This document shows positions 13,753-26,053 of a DNA stretch of 64,000 bases, piece by piece. Each line of letters starts with the position of its first letter. Within the stretch, counting starts at the first letter, position 1. The stretch spans positions 8,866,001 to 8,930,000 of the forward strand of contig NC_092672.1 in NCBI RefSeq assembly GCF_964355755.1, given 5' to 3'. The stretch comes from Antedon mediterranea. Its lineage: Eukaryota > Animalia > Echinodermata. Both the position numbers and the translations under genes were made by a program. Below the pieces are notes generated by a model. That model was not told the DNA's origin and searched no databases. It saw only the letters and a program-made list of their open reading frames with translations.

Positions 13753-16183
13753 GTACAGTTCTGTCATTTCAGAGCAAATATCAATTTTATCTTTTCACGC
13801 TTAGTGTCATATGCATAGTTCTAACTTTCCACACTTAGTGACACAGTTTAGTGTCATGTTCTACCGTTACACATTTAGTGGCACAGTTCTATAGTTCCAC
13901 ACCTAGTGACACAGTTCTGCCGTTCCACATGTGATATGTAAAATGGTAATACCGAATTTGCCTATGATCTGGACAAAATATTGAACCAGTACCGATAATC
14001 GACTATACAAACCGTACTACGGCGGATTGAAGAACAAAGATTCAGTGTAAGTGAATTAACAACTAGCGTTGTCTATAAATTCATATCACAATTGTATGCT
14101 GCCTATAATTTATAGCTTTATTTATGATAATTGATCGCGACAAGTATAATGTGATGTAGGGCAAGTGGACAAATGCTAGATAATGCAAATTTAATTTAAT
14201 TGTAGTATCAACGGTGTTAATACTATAGTCTCTAAAATTAATTCAACCTATTACAGCAATGTAATAATTACATAAAGGTAAAAATTAATATGGTTATTTA
14301 CGCAATGCGTTGACTTGAGAAACACGATGTTCTGCATATTGATATAATCATTATTAGGACAAAATTGGCATAAATTATACGGTACGATAACATATGTTAA
14401 TGAATATCATTAACAACAATCTTTTGTTTTAATATACCTTTACAGACGGTATAGCCCTATGGTGGCTGTACTAAAATGTAGCGTCCCTTTCTACTAATTG
14501 ACTTGGAAGCAGTTTGTTTTATATCGAATCCAAGTACAGTAAAAAATGATGACAATGGTAGTCTTATAATATAGCGCCTATTACAATGTTTCTAAGCGCT
14601 TTACACACAGAAATTATCCTTTAAATATCCTAAGATAACCAAAAAAATGAAGAGGAACCATTTACACCGCTTCGTTCACCAGCACTTTGAAGCTCACATA
14701 ATGAAAGTCATCTGTCTATCCTATCTTACCAAAATAAAAATATATAGGAAATTATGCAAATCAGAAATAGGCCTAACATAATGGGATGCGCACCAATCGT
14801 TGGATGTAATTTGTGGAGAGTTGGTTTTTTTAACAAATTGGTAAGAATATTTTAAGTTATTCCTCATTTTGTGAAAAAATTTCCGAAAATGTTTTAGGCC
14901 TATTTAATCTCATATACCTGTAAATAATAAGGCATTGCTCAAAACCAAGTATTCATTTGCATATAGGCCTAGTGTCAACAACAAAGACGAACGAATACAA
15001 TAAGCATCTTGTCTTATTTATATTCTTTTAACTAAGCGACGTACTGCAGTAGCACATAGTAATATGCTTTTTTCTAACATATTCCATTTACAAGTGAGAA
15101 ATTTAACTTAACCTCACAATTAATAGAAGAGGAAATAAAACAATTGTGTGCTTCACGAGAATGCCTTTATACATTGTGATATAATATATGGGAGCAATTA
15201 TTAATGTGTCTGTTAGCAACTGACTAACATCCTAGTAAGCGTGAAGCTTATCACCATTAACACATTTTCCGTTTATATGATTGATGAGAATGCATCGAGC
15301 ACTGGACAGCTCAATAATAGAAACTTAATTAAATAAACCCATAGTGTGTGATAGGTGTTGGCGTATTGTGGTCTGTATGGGCAGAAGTTCTTCGCTCCTG
15401 TGTGCCTATGCACTGAGCCTAGCAGGTGTTTGGAACCTTCGCCGGTTGTTTTTAATCAAGCTTTCTGAGAAACTTGTTTTTCTATGTAGATGGGTTATGC
15501 TAAATGCGAGCAACTATTCACGGTCGATTAGGTGAATACACGTTGTATTATACCAATTGAAAACGTTGAACGAGTCATTGCGTGAGTCGACATCGAAGAA
15601 CTAATAAAACAGATCTTAAAAGATTTAACTATACTAAACAAGAAATATTTCTTACAAAAAACGCCGCGTAACTTTTTGACTGGGCAGTTGTAAGAACAGT
15701 CTTCATTAATCTAATATAATAGGTCGGCCAATCAAAACGCAAGTGAACAATTGGGACTTTACTTGTGATTTATGTCATTGGCCTGTCAGCACAGTCGTTT
15801 CTTTCTAGAATTAAACGCACAAACTTGTATTGAGAATAATGTATGTGGTTATTACTATCGCATTTAGGTATTGATAATAATAATAATATGGCTTTTGAAT
15901 ATATAATTACTGTCTGTAGAATAACATTTATACATTTTCGGTTCGCGATCAAAAGTTATATGAATGGATTTGTAATAGGTATTTATAATAATAGTATATG
16001 GGTTGTATTATTGCTAAGCTATCACCAAATCGCGTTATAACATTATTTCTCAGGGTTTTTTGCACCATTGATCAATACCAAACGCGTATCGGTATTATAG
16101 TTTTTAATGAATCATTACATTAATAAAAATACCCAATTAAATCAATCGCGTCAGTCCAATTCCGACTTATGTTTCGATCACAT

Positions 16184-16337
16184 AGTTCTGTGTCTACACT
16201 GTCCCAACTAGTTTAACAAAAAAAGTGTGATGTGCCCAAATATGGTAGTGATATGCCCGAATATCGTAGTGATATGACATCGTCATGTCTATATAATATG
16301 GGCACATCATATTTAGTTTGATAGTATAGACAAAGCT
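16184..16337. mobile_element. MITE family A copy (Harbinger/Tourist-like), diverged
   Basis: TIR-like ends agttctgtgtctacact...atagtatagacaaagct and the internal cccaaatatggtagtgatatg motif shared with the other copies. Confidence 0.8.
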
Positions 16338-16369
16338 TAAGGATTATATCTAATATTATAATAGTTTTC

Positions 16370-16590
16370 TTACATTTTGAACGGAAGTATTTATTTGTTT
16401 ATAAGCCCAATTTTCCAGTCTTAATTTTACATTTTGAAAAAAAGTATTTTATTTGTTGATAAGCCCAATTGTGCAGTCTTATTTTACATTTTGAACGAAA
16501 GTATTTATTTGTTGATAAGCCCAATTTTGCATTCTTATTTTACATTTTAAATGAAAGTATTTATTTGTTGATAAGCCGAATTTTCCAGTT
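16370..16590. repeat. Tandem repeat of about 58 bp, 4 copies
   Basis: Recurring tacattttgaa...gtatttatttgttgataagcccaatttt. The last unit plus its flank (about 16565-16760) reappears diverged at about 17150-17330. Confidence 0.85.
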
Positions 16591-17497
16591 TAATAATAAT
16601 GACCCCTTCCACAGTGCTTATACTATATACATTTTACATGATATTGACCGTGGGTTCTTTACGCCTCTGATGCATTTGTTTTTATTGTACCTTTTTAATA
16701 AATTATTATATGTTTAGGCCTAATCACACCCAATTTAATGAAACGGTCAGATTCCGATTTCAATTGAACGAAAGTAGTACTGTATTTATTATTCATTGAT
16801 AAGCCAAGGGTCCCATAGCGTTAGCTGATATCTTGAGCATTTGACTCTTGTGTAAACGTAACCTGTAACACAAATCATTCTTCAAAATCTAAAGAAAGAA
16901 CCTCACACGTCTTTTTTGTGAGTGATACACTATGGATATGCCCACGGAAATAATATGTGGACATTGCAAACAATCATAGGCCTACAGTAACAAACATAGA
17001 ATGGCTAATAAGCATAACATTCAGACTTGCTTGTTTTCTAGTGGATTTTTATTTACTTTAGCATGTAGAATAAAACTAGTAACAGTGGCTATATTAATAA
17101 TTATACTGATTATCCTTGATGTTATCGCGTCTAATAATAAAATATTTTGTTGTTGATAAGCCCAATTTTTCAGCCTTAATAATGACCCTTCCACAGTGCA
17201 TTTTACATGATATTGACCGAGGGTTTTTACGCCTCTATAGCCACTGATCAATACCATAATTAATGTACTTTTTTAAATGAATATTGAAATGTTTCAACAT
17301 ACCCAATTCAAAAAAACGGTCCGTTTTCGAGTTCAATCTTTTGATTAGAGAGGTTGGAGTTTCATTTTGAATTATAACATTGGCCTAGATTGACAGTCAT
17401 AAAAAAGAAAGTCATTGTAACTACTTCCCTTTATGTTGACAGAGCCAAAATAAAGTTTTGACCATTATCGAATGATTATTTGACAGTGACTTATTAT

Positions 17498-17540
17498 AAC
17501 TAGATGGCACGCTCGCTTCGCTCGCGTACCATCTAGGTCG
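17498..17540 (-). mobile_element. Helitron-like 3' terminus (hairpin plus CTAG)
   Basis: ctagatgg (17500-17507) pairs with ccatctag (17529-17536) around gctcgcttcgctcgc. The minus strand ends ...gagcgaagcgagcgtgccatCTAGtt. Confidence 0.55.
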
Positions 17541-18077
17541 TGCCCACAGATGGTTCTCGAATACACAGTATTTCCAGCGAGAAAAAAATGGAGATTTCAA
17601 ATGTACGTACCGCAGGACTATAATACATTGTCGTTTACAGAAACGAATAAATATACACAATGATTTATGTAGTCAACCAAAATTAGCACCCTGGGAATTA
17701 CTTCCGAGAGAGAAACAAAATGAGTCAAATTGTTTTATTTGGACTCATTTAAACAAACCCAATTTGTGTTTTGTATGTAACATTAAGGGTTGAGGGATGG
17801 GGGAAGAAGATAGGTACAAAGAGGAAACATTTCAAAATATATTCTTATCCACTCAGTAACGAAATATTGTTTTTAATGTTTTATAGGCCTATAAATAATA
17901 TACCACTAAATACAGTAAAACATTTACGATTTAATACGGTACTTTGTTAAAACTCTCACTGTCATAGTCGATTGAAATAGTAAAGTACATGTAACGATAC
18001 ACCACTACGACGTTTATATATTTTTAAATTATTAATTAATACAAACGTTGAGAAGCAACTGTCAGTAATAACGTTTA

Positions 18078-18601
18078 TTTATTTGTATATTATATGTTTA
18101 TAATCTAACAGTAGGGCCTACCCACACTCACAGTAATAAAGTTTATTTGTATATATTTTTATATTACATCTAACAGTACCAACACTCACAGTAAGAAATT
18201 TGCGATTAAAATTGGGATCAAAAGTGGTTAATACCTTAACAGTATTGTACAGCATTGCAATACTATTTATGTTTATTCTCCAAGGGGGCCCATAAATCTA
18301 AATCTATACCTCTATGGTTAAACCAAATAATTTGGAATGTTTATTTGTATATTATATGTTTATAATCTAACAGTAGGGCCTACCCACACTCACAGTAATA
18401 AAGTTTATTTGTATATATTTTTATATTACATCTAACAGTACCAACACTCACAGTAAGAAATTTGCGATTCAAATTGCGATCAAAAGTGGTTAATACCTTA
18501 ACAGTATTGTACAGCATTGCAATACTATTATGTTCATTCTCCAAGGGGGCCCATAAATCTAAATCTATACCTGTATGGTTAAACCAAATAATTTGGAATG
18601 T
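18078..18601. repeat. 262-bp tandem duplication, 2 near-identical copies with internal ~60-bp subrepeats
   Basis: gtagggcctacccacactcacag at 18111 and 18373 (offset 262). Few differences, for example taaaattgggatc versus tcaaattgcgatc. Confidence 0.93.
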
Positions 18602-19993
18602 TCCATTCATCACAAATCAATACATTTGTAAAAACGTATATTAAATGTATCAAAATAGTATTTTTTAAAGAAAATCGGCCTGTCTTCAACATTATGATGG
18701 TGTACTCTAGCTGTTCAACCGGTTTTCAGCTATTAAAAACAATTATCGTAGGAGGAGATAGGAAAATGCGAAGCCTCCTCGCATTTTTGTGGCGGGTATT
18801 TTTCAAGACGGACATCCATTATACAGTGTATACCACGGTCGGAAAACACCCCTATTTGGGGCAAATCTTGGAACCTAAATTCGTTTTAACCGTCAATAAC
18901 TTATTATCTAACTTAATTTAATTAGTAAACAGGGTTACATCAGGTGGTTAAAATCAGTACCGAAAGTACGAACCAACTTTATATACCATCGAGTAAAAAT
19001 TATAGAAGTAAGGCGCGATTTACCGAATTTTGCCCTTACGTAAATTTATATATAGATACCGGCCTGGTTGACAGCAAAAACGAAGTTATTATTTATTAAA
19101 CAAGATTTTACAGATTTCCGTCTACATCTCAATAATACTGTATTATCAGCAAAGGCTTTCATATAGACTCTCTTCTCCCAGACGTTTTTTGGGTCCAGCA
19201 GCTACCTATAAATTATAGTCGAGTTTCCAAATTCACAAAACTGTCAGCCTTAGATACTAAAGCTACCGCTATGAAACAGCTTATTAATGAATGTGTCCTC
19301 CTGGGACATAGCTGGCTAGAGCCGCGGCGCGAAAACATACATTAAAACACAATTAAACAAAAATAGCAGGCCTACAACTTACCGTCTAAGCTAGGTTCCG
19401 GTTCTAAACCTGATTTCCGCAAACTGGTGTATAACAAAATTATATGCAAATTTGGTTCCACCTGTGATTTGTCGTGACCTTAATTTACAGAAATAGAGCT
19501 TTCCCTACGAAAAAAGGTAGTACAAAACTGACGATATCGTGTGCTATCCTGTGTGCTGGTGTTAACTGTTATTTTCATCATCATCGTCCTTACTGTACTA
19601 AAAATCTTGCTATAATTAATAATTTAGAAAAAAAATTATCTACATATATGATAATCTATCACATGTTTCTAAGAAAAAAACTGAAATGCAAAAGACTATT
19701 TTGCGGGCGTTCGACTACAAAGTCTGAAGCTAGAGGAATAATTTGCTTCGGAAATATTTAGGGACACACATAGGGCTGAACACTCACAAAAATAAACCGG
19801 ATTTTTTTTTTTGCTCTTAAAAACAACTAAATGGCATCCCATTGATGAGTGGCGGCGTCCAGTTTCTATGCTTCAACTAAGTGAATGTTGCTAATTATTT
19901 TCCTTTAATTTCCACACATAGTAACTCAATCAATATAGACATTTATTTGTACAACTTACTATTACTCTTACAACAATCGCCACTTTATTGATA

Positions 19994-20454
19994 CCGTTAA
20001 TCTTCTAATAGTAACCCCCTTCTAATAGTAACCCACCTTATAAGTCAATCTATAATAATAACCCACTACTCTAATAGTAACCTATGGGTGTTAATTATTA
20101 AAGTCACAAAAACTATTGACAAAATGACATTTATAAAGACTGGTCGTTTAAGATGCAACCGTATTTTGAAAACAAGGAGATAATGCATGTTGATATCGAG
20201 AGTGGGGAGGATTGAGTGTTTTTGAGTTTATAAACTAAATTTAGAGTTCAAATAAATTATATATTCGTACTATTTTATTATTTTGCTATGATTTGCTGAC
20301 CGGAAAAGTTGAGGTGGGTTACTATTTTCAGGTGCCTAATTTAAGAATATTAATAGTAACCCACTACTCTAATAGTAACCCCCTTCTAATAGTAACCCAC
20401 CCCAAAATACAATAAAAGAATAATAACCCAGGGTTACAATTAGAAGATTTACAA
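19994..20454. mobile_element. pogo/Tc1-mariner-like MITE
   Basis: TA|ccgttaatcttctaatagtaacc at the left and ggttacaattagaagatttacaa|TA at the right form imperfect TIRs. The tctaatagtaaccc motif is reiterated subterminally at both ends. Confidence 0.75.
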
Positions 20455-22560
20455 TAATAGTAATAACAAAAAAACCCCCATAAAAACCCACTCAAAATCA
20501 TGACATGACACGTCTAATTTACATCACTCGTGGACGCAATCTGCTGTTGTGGCTATGCGTACGTACGTGCTTTCGTAAGTTTTACTAATCGTTGAATAGA
20601 AATTCCAATACTAATAATCTTGTGAAAGGAAATTATTATTGGTATGTATACTTAATTAAACTACAATGACTATACGTCGTCTATTATAAAGAAAATTGAA
20701 CAATGATGATGTATGGATGTGTAAGCTACACTCATCTGTTAGTTCAGTGATCGGAAAAAATCTCAAGTAATATCTGTCGTTCAACAAAAGTGGTTTGTGA
20801 ACTATATCGATCCAGTCATTTCCTATTAACACGTCAGTTTGACACGTTGCTATATATACAAAACTAAATGGAAATCCTGCCAATGGAATTAATTAGTATA
20901 TTCTACGTTGATTTCAACATGCTCATTCATAGTGAAATTCCTATACTATACACATATAATGCTAACAACAAAAGGCAAAACAGAACGTAACACGTTTGTC
21001 CATTGTTTAATATCAACTAGTAATTAGTAGTTCGAATTCAAACTTTCTCGATATTTTTCGGAATGAAAGAAAATAAAAACTACAAACAATTTCTAATTGG
21101 TTGAACAGCGATTAAATTCAATCTTGCTGTATTTTATGATACGACCTACTTGGCATTTCATACTAAATTCGGACTAAAATCGATAGTGAATGTGTGCGGT
21201 CTAAGTATATAACTCGTGTCATTATGTTTTTGTCAATCAGTCGATGTTAATTTTGCCGTGTGTGTTTATCTGACTGCTTGATCAATACTTTTAAATTTTC
21301 CTCTGTCGTCTATCCTTTGTTTCCTCTTTTTTCGTGTAATCATTTATTTATAGTGTCTTGTTATTATAATTCGAAGAACATAAATGAATTAAAATTATTA
21401 TATTTAACCTAGTTTGGTTATAGCACTGATGAAGTAGCTAACTTTCTTAATAGTAGTAACTTGGTTAGTAATAGTTAATCTCGTGGTTACAGTCGCTGTC
21501 AATTCAGAATTCTGTCATTTAACAAATATTTTCCTCTATTTATCAGGTATTACTGAAGAACATAAGAGTACTATCGAATTTAACTTGGTTATAGCAGGGA
21601 AGAGTTAAATTGGTTATCGTCATTAATAGTAAAGTTATAGTAGTGACATAGTAGTATCTTGGTTTAATAGTAATGCAGTACCGAACACTGTTAACTTGAT
21701 TGTAGTAAAGTGCTAACCAAAACATGGATACTGCCATTAACATTATGCGTACAAAGGTTTGCTTGTTAATTTTTGCTTATATGGTTATTAAAAGTCTGTA
21801 AGATCACTCGTTCAGTGGTATCGCTCTCTAACCTGTAGCTTGTACAGTATTACAAGTTATTGCTAACTATAGTCTATTATTTTTTTCCAACTTATGAGCA
21901 CTGTAATTTCAATTATATTGGATAATAAAAGGAATCTGTATAACAGTATTGTTCATCGACAGAAAATGGCAATGTATTTTTGCATTTTTTAAAAATTGTA
22001 ATTTATATGGGAAAATGTAAATGTGAACACAGAACCAATCAATAAGAAACAGATAGAAACAACATCAATGATGACAAACACAGTGTAACTAAAACGGATG
22101 AAAATAGAGTCTTTCTATCGAGCGACTTTTATAAAAAGTACACAAGGTTGCCGTAGCAGGTGTGGGGAAGAAAAACCCAGGTGGATGTATCAAAGAAAAA
22201 CGCTTTAAATCCAAGAAAAGATAAAGAAACGATTATGCCTTTTGTTAATTCTAAAACGACCTACAGTTAATTAGGAGAAAGGACTAGTTTGTATGTAAAC
22301 CCTTTAGGCCTAATATAGAAAGTTCAAGTTAGAGACTAATATTTAGTATAGCCATTTTGTTCATGCGATATAATTCTTCACAAGGGTTAAAATAATTGAG
22401 CTATAATGTACACTATATTAATATACGCATTGCTCCAAACAGCGCATGCGCGAATGATAAACTTCTCATCAGGTAGTGTGAATGCTCTGACAGACTATCA
22501 ACATGAATTGCAGAAAACAAGTTATTTGACAATGCTTTTTTGGAAAAGGAGATTGCGCAT

Positions 22561-22721
22561 TAAGGCCAATTTACACAGACGAGCGATAACGGTAATGCAA
22601 ATAAAGAATCTATGTTATTCCTTATGACCATTTACACACAACGCGGAGCGGACGGGCGGTTTGGGACAAGCTACCTGTTTTCCGTTTACCGTTACCGCTC
22701 GTCTGTGTAAATTGGCATTTA
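22561..22721. mobile_element. Short foldback MITE with ~35-bp TIRs (Harbinger-like)
   Basis: taaggccaatttacacagacgagcgataacggtaa versus ttaccgttaccgctcgtctgtgtaaattggcattta, which is its reverse complement with few mismatches. Confidence 0.8.
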
Positions 22722-24169
22722 GAATAAATAAAACTATCAGATGCGTTTGAATCATTTGCAATGTTATATTAAGTTTTTTTCTCGAATCATGACACAAAAT
22801 GTCAAACTCGTTAAATGGATACAAAATGTCGCCACATAGTTCTAACGCGTTTACTTAAAGAAGCGTTGAGATTATCACAAAGGACAGGATATTGATAAAA
22901 GTCTTTCCTGAAAGTTACACTACTCCAAAACTATAATTGTAATACATTTATGTTAAACAGTAATGGAACTTAAGCGTACAAGTATATGATTAGTTAATGA
23001 TTAATCTATTTAACTAAAGTAGACAGATATAAAGTACTTCTAAATAATATGTTTGATTTCATCAAGAACCTAGAACTTAAATCAAATTTCCAGGAAATCA
23101 CTAAACTATCTATAAGTAAATAAATACAAAGTGAACTATAGAACATGTTCAAATAATTGCTCAATATCCACGAAGGAAATGATACATAACTACTCTGTCT
23201 AAAATAAGAAAATAAATAAAATAAAGCTTACCTTAACCGTATTCAAATTCAGCCAGATATAAGATCTTACATTTCAACGGAAGGAAATTCTCAATACAGT
23301 ACTGCAAAACTATCTATAATTAAAATAAATAAAAACTATTTAAATATTTTTTCTTTATATATACCGTATAACTATTTTAAAATAGATAGAAATAGACACC
23401 TATTAATTAATTTCAAATAAGTAGAAGTCGATATTTTCTAGAGGAACTTCTACATAGTATGGTGTTCATTAAAATATGTAAATATTAAAGTATGGTACTG
23501 TATAAACTACATAAAGAAAAAAGGAATTTCTCGATACTATTAAACCAAATAAATAAAAATTAAAGTTCCTTAAAAACGTGTGCATATTCATTAAAAAATA
23601 TAATTTAAGACAAGATTTTGCGTATTTAAATTCATCAAGATATTACTGAATTTTTTCAGATATTCAGATTTTCAGATAAAAGATATTATTAGTATTTATA
23701 TTATTAAAAACAAATTAAAATAATAAATGTTGATAAACTTATAACTACAATCAAAATAAATAAAATCCAGATACCTTCTAACAGACGTGTGTAAATTCAA
23801 CTAGAAGCAAGAACTCAATTTTAAATCTGAATCAGGTAAGTGTATCAATACAAAAGCTCTTTGAATTTATTACACGGTATTTGTAAACGAGACGATTTGT
23901 GTGAATTTTACAGATTCGCCTTTTATAAGGTGAAATACAAGCGTTTGCAAATAAAAATAAGTTCAAACAAATAACCTCTTTAGTGATAAAACGTCAGAGT
24001 ATACCGTGAGTATAGTAGGTTTGTTTTTAAGTATTATTTCCATCTGATATTACATCTACACAGCTACTTAATGTGCGGCTATACGATTAAAATGTGATGT
24101 AATGGGTAACAGTGTAAGCAAGAAAAAATATGTGTCTACATAGAAAATATGCAAAGGCAGATTGTCAAA

Positions 24170-24640
24170 TAGATGCCGATGATGATAATGATAACGAGAT
24201 GAGTAGACCACTGATGATTATGAGTAGACAATTATGATGACGTCAGATGAGTAGACCACGACTGATGATTAGAGTAGACAATTGTGATGACAAGAATGAC
24301 GTCAGATATGGTAATTGTGATAATGACAAACGATGGAGAATGTTAAATGTAAAATTATACAAACAAAATGGCAAAAATGTTTAACAGAAGGTGTAAGACG
24401 ATGTTGATGACACAAAGAGGAGCAGACGATATTATGAATGACAACAATGATGTCAGAGATCAGACAATTATGGTAATTATGATGTAAAACGATGGATAAT
24501 GGTAAAAATTACGAAACTCTGTTAAGCAGGCCGATGTTGATGGTACAAAGGGGATAAGACAATATTAATGAAGACAACATGATGTAAGATATGACAAATA
24601 TGGCCGATATAATAACAACGACTGATTATGATGAAAACAA
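24170..24640. repeat. Degenerate GAT/GAC-rich tandem repeat
   Basis: Reiterated gatgagtagaccac, agacaattatg, tgacgtcagat and aaacgatgga blocks. Confidence 0.7.
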
Positions 24641-25578
24641 AAAACTATTATTGAATCACCATTGATTCTAGTTTTCGTATTTAATATTAGGTTAATTGAC
24701 ACAAAAACACTTACTTACAATTATATTACACGACAGTTTTATTCATAAAGCAAACGTGGTTAGTGCAGTGTAGTGATTAACAGTATATTAAAAATATCAG
24801 TTTTCCTTGTAAAGTCGATATTGAAACTATACATTGGTATCCTATTAAACTCGTTTTCATAATTATTATACAATAGTCGGTGGTATAACGAGCCTTCGTG
24901 CTTTTATAAAGCATTATATTGTCATTAAGAACTACTTTTTTTTTTTAATGAAAACTGCAATAACAATCTTTTGTATCGTAAACATGTTTCATATCGTATT
25001 AGATTGACCGAATAAATGTTTTAAAAATCACGCGTGTAGCTATTAGTGTATTATTATACACCGAATCCAAAGCGTTATTACGATAAAATATCGATTTTAC
25101 TGGCTATTTCTCTATGCGCAATAAAAAAATTCAAGGTAAAAATTAAATCAATTAAACTTTTGTTATGTTGTTTTGTTGACCAATATATTAATTTGAACGT
25201 GACCGCCAATATAACCTAATTTTCCAAGTAATGAGTGACGTAAACAGATCCATTTTTGTTTTGTTTGAGATGATTTTTAGATTAACGTTTTTAGCGACGT
25301 TAGAGCAAGTGAGTTGACTAATCACTAGCGATATTCCGGGTGATATATCGCGTCGTGATTGGTCAGATTACTTGTGTTGAGCCCAAGTTGGAACCATGCT
25401 TAATACAAACATTTTAACTGAATACAATGTAATTGTAAACACATAAAATTAATTTTCTAATATATACAATATATCTTTTTTTACTATTCTCAAACAAAAA
25501 GTACATTACAAAATTAGTTTTTACAAGGCATAAAATGTACAAAGTATAAAAGAAAATCCACTATGAAATCAGCTGGCA

Positions 25579-26053
25579 TCAAACAACAGCTTCCGCATCA
25601 GGTTCGCGGCCAAATCCGAGGATCTCTGCCGCAAACATGTCGGCTGTGATTTCCTCAGGTAGATTTTCATCAATCAGATCAACCGAATTGGTTGAATCAA
25701 ATGTTCCAATCTCTGAACTTCCACCTTCTGCATTAAACCCAAGTAGGGTTGTAATGTATTCAGCAACCTCTGCTTCTGTCATGTGTTCCCCTGCGGAACA
25801 AATATAATGGTATCCTTTACATCAGGCTGCTTTACATAGTTGTTATAAATTAAACAGGTCTGGAATTAGACTCTGCTTTGTGAGTAGATAAAAATAACAT
25901 TAAGTAAAAGATTACCTCTGGTCTGTAGGATGTCCAGAAGGTGACCTCTCTCAATGGCAGCTTGACCATCAACCTCTTCTAAACCTAAAACCTCAAAAGC
26001 ATGATGGAGTTGATCCACAGAAAGACCAAATGCTGGTCTATGATTCACATATA
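25579..26053 (-). CDS. CFAP251: CFAP251 coding exons 21-22 (to the stop codon)
   Basis: [10 protein letters not shown]...LQTR (26053-25916) / [18 protein letters not shown]...AEILGF (25790-25579, TGA). Confidence 0.93.

Noticed and set aside
9352-13818. Three giant overlapping ORFs (1488, 1293 and 886 aa) as real proteins
   Set aside because: Fully explained by a stop-free 28-bp unit read in all frames. There is no domain, signal peptide or splice context, so they are not annotated as CDS.
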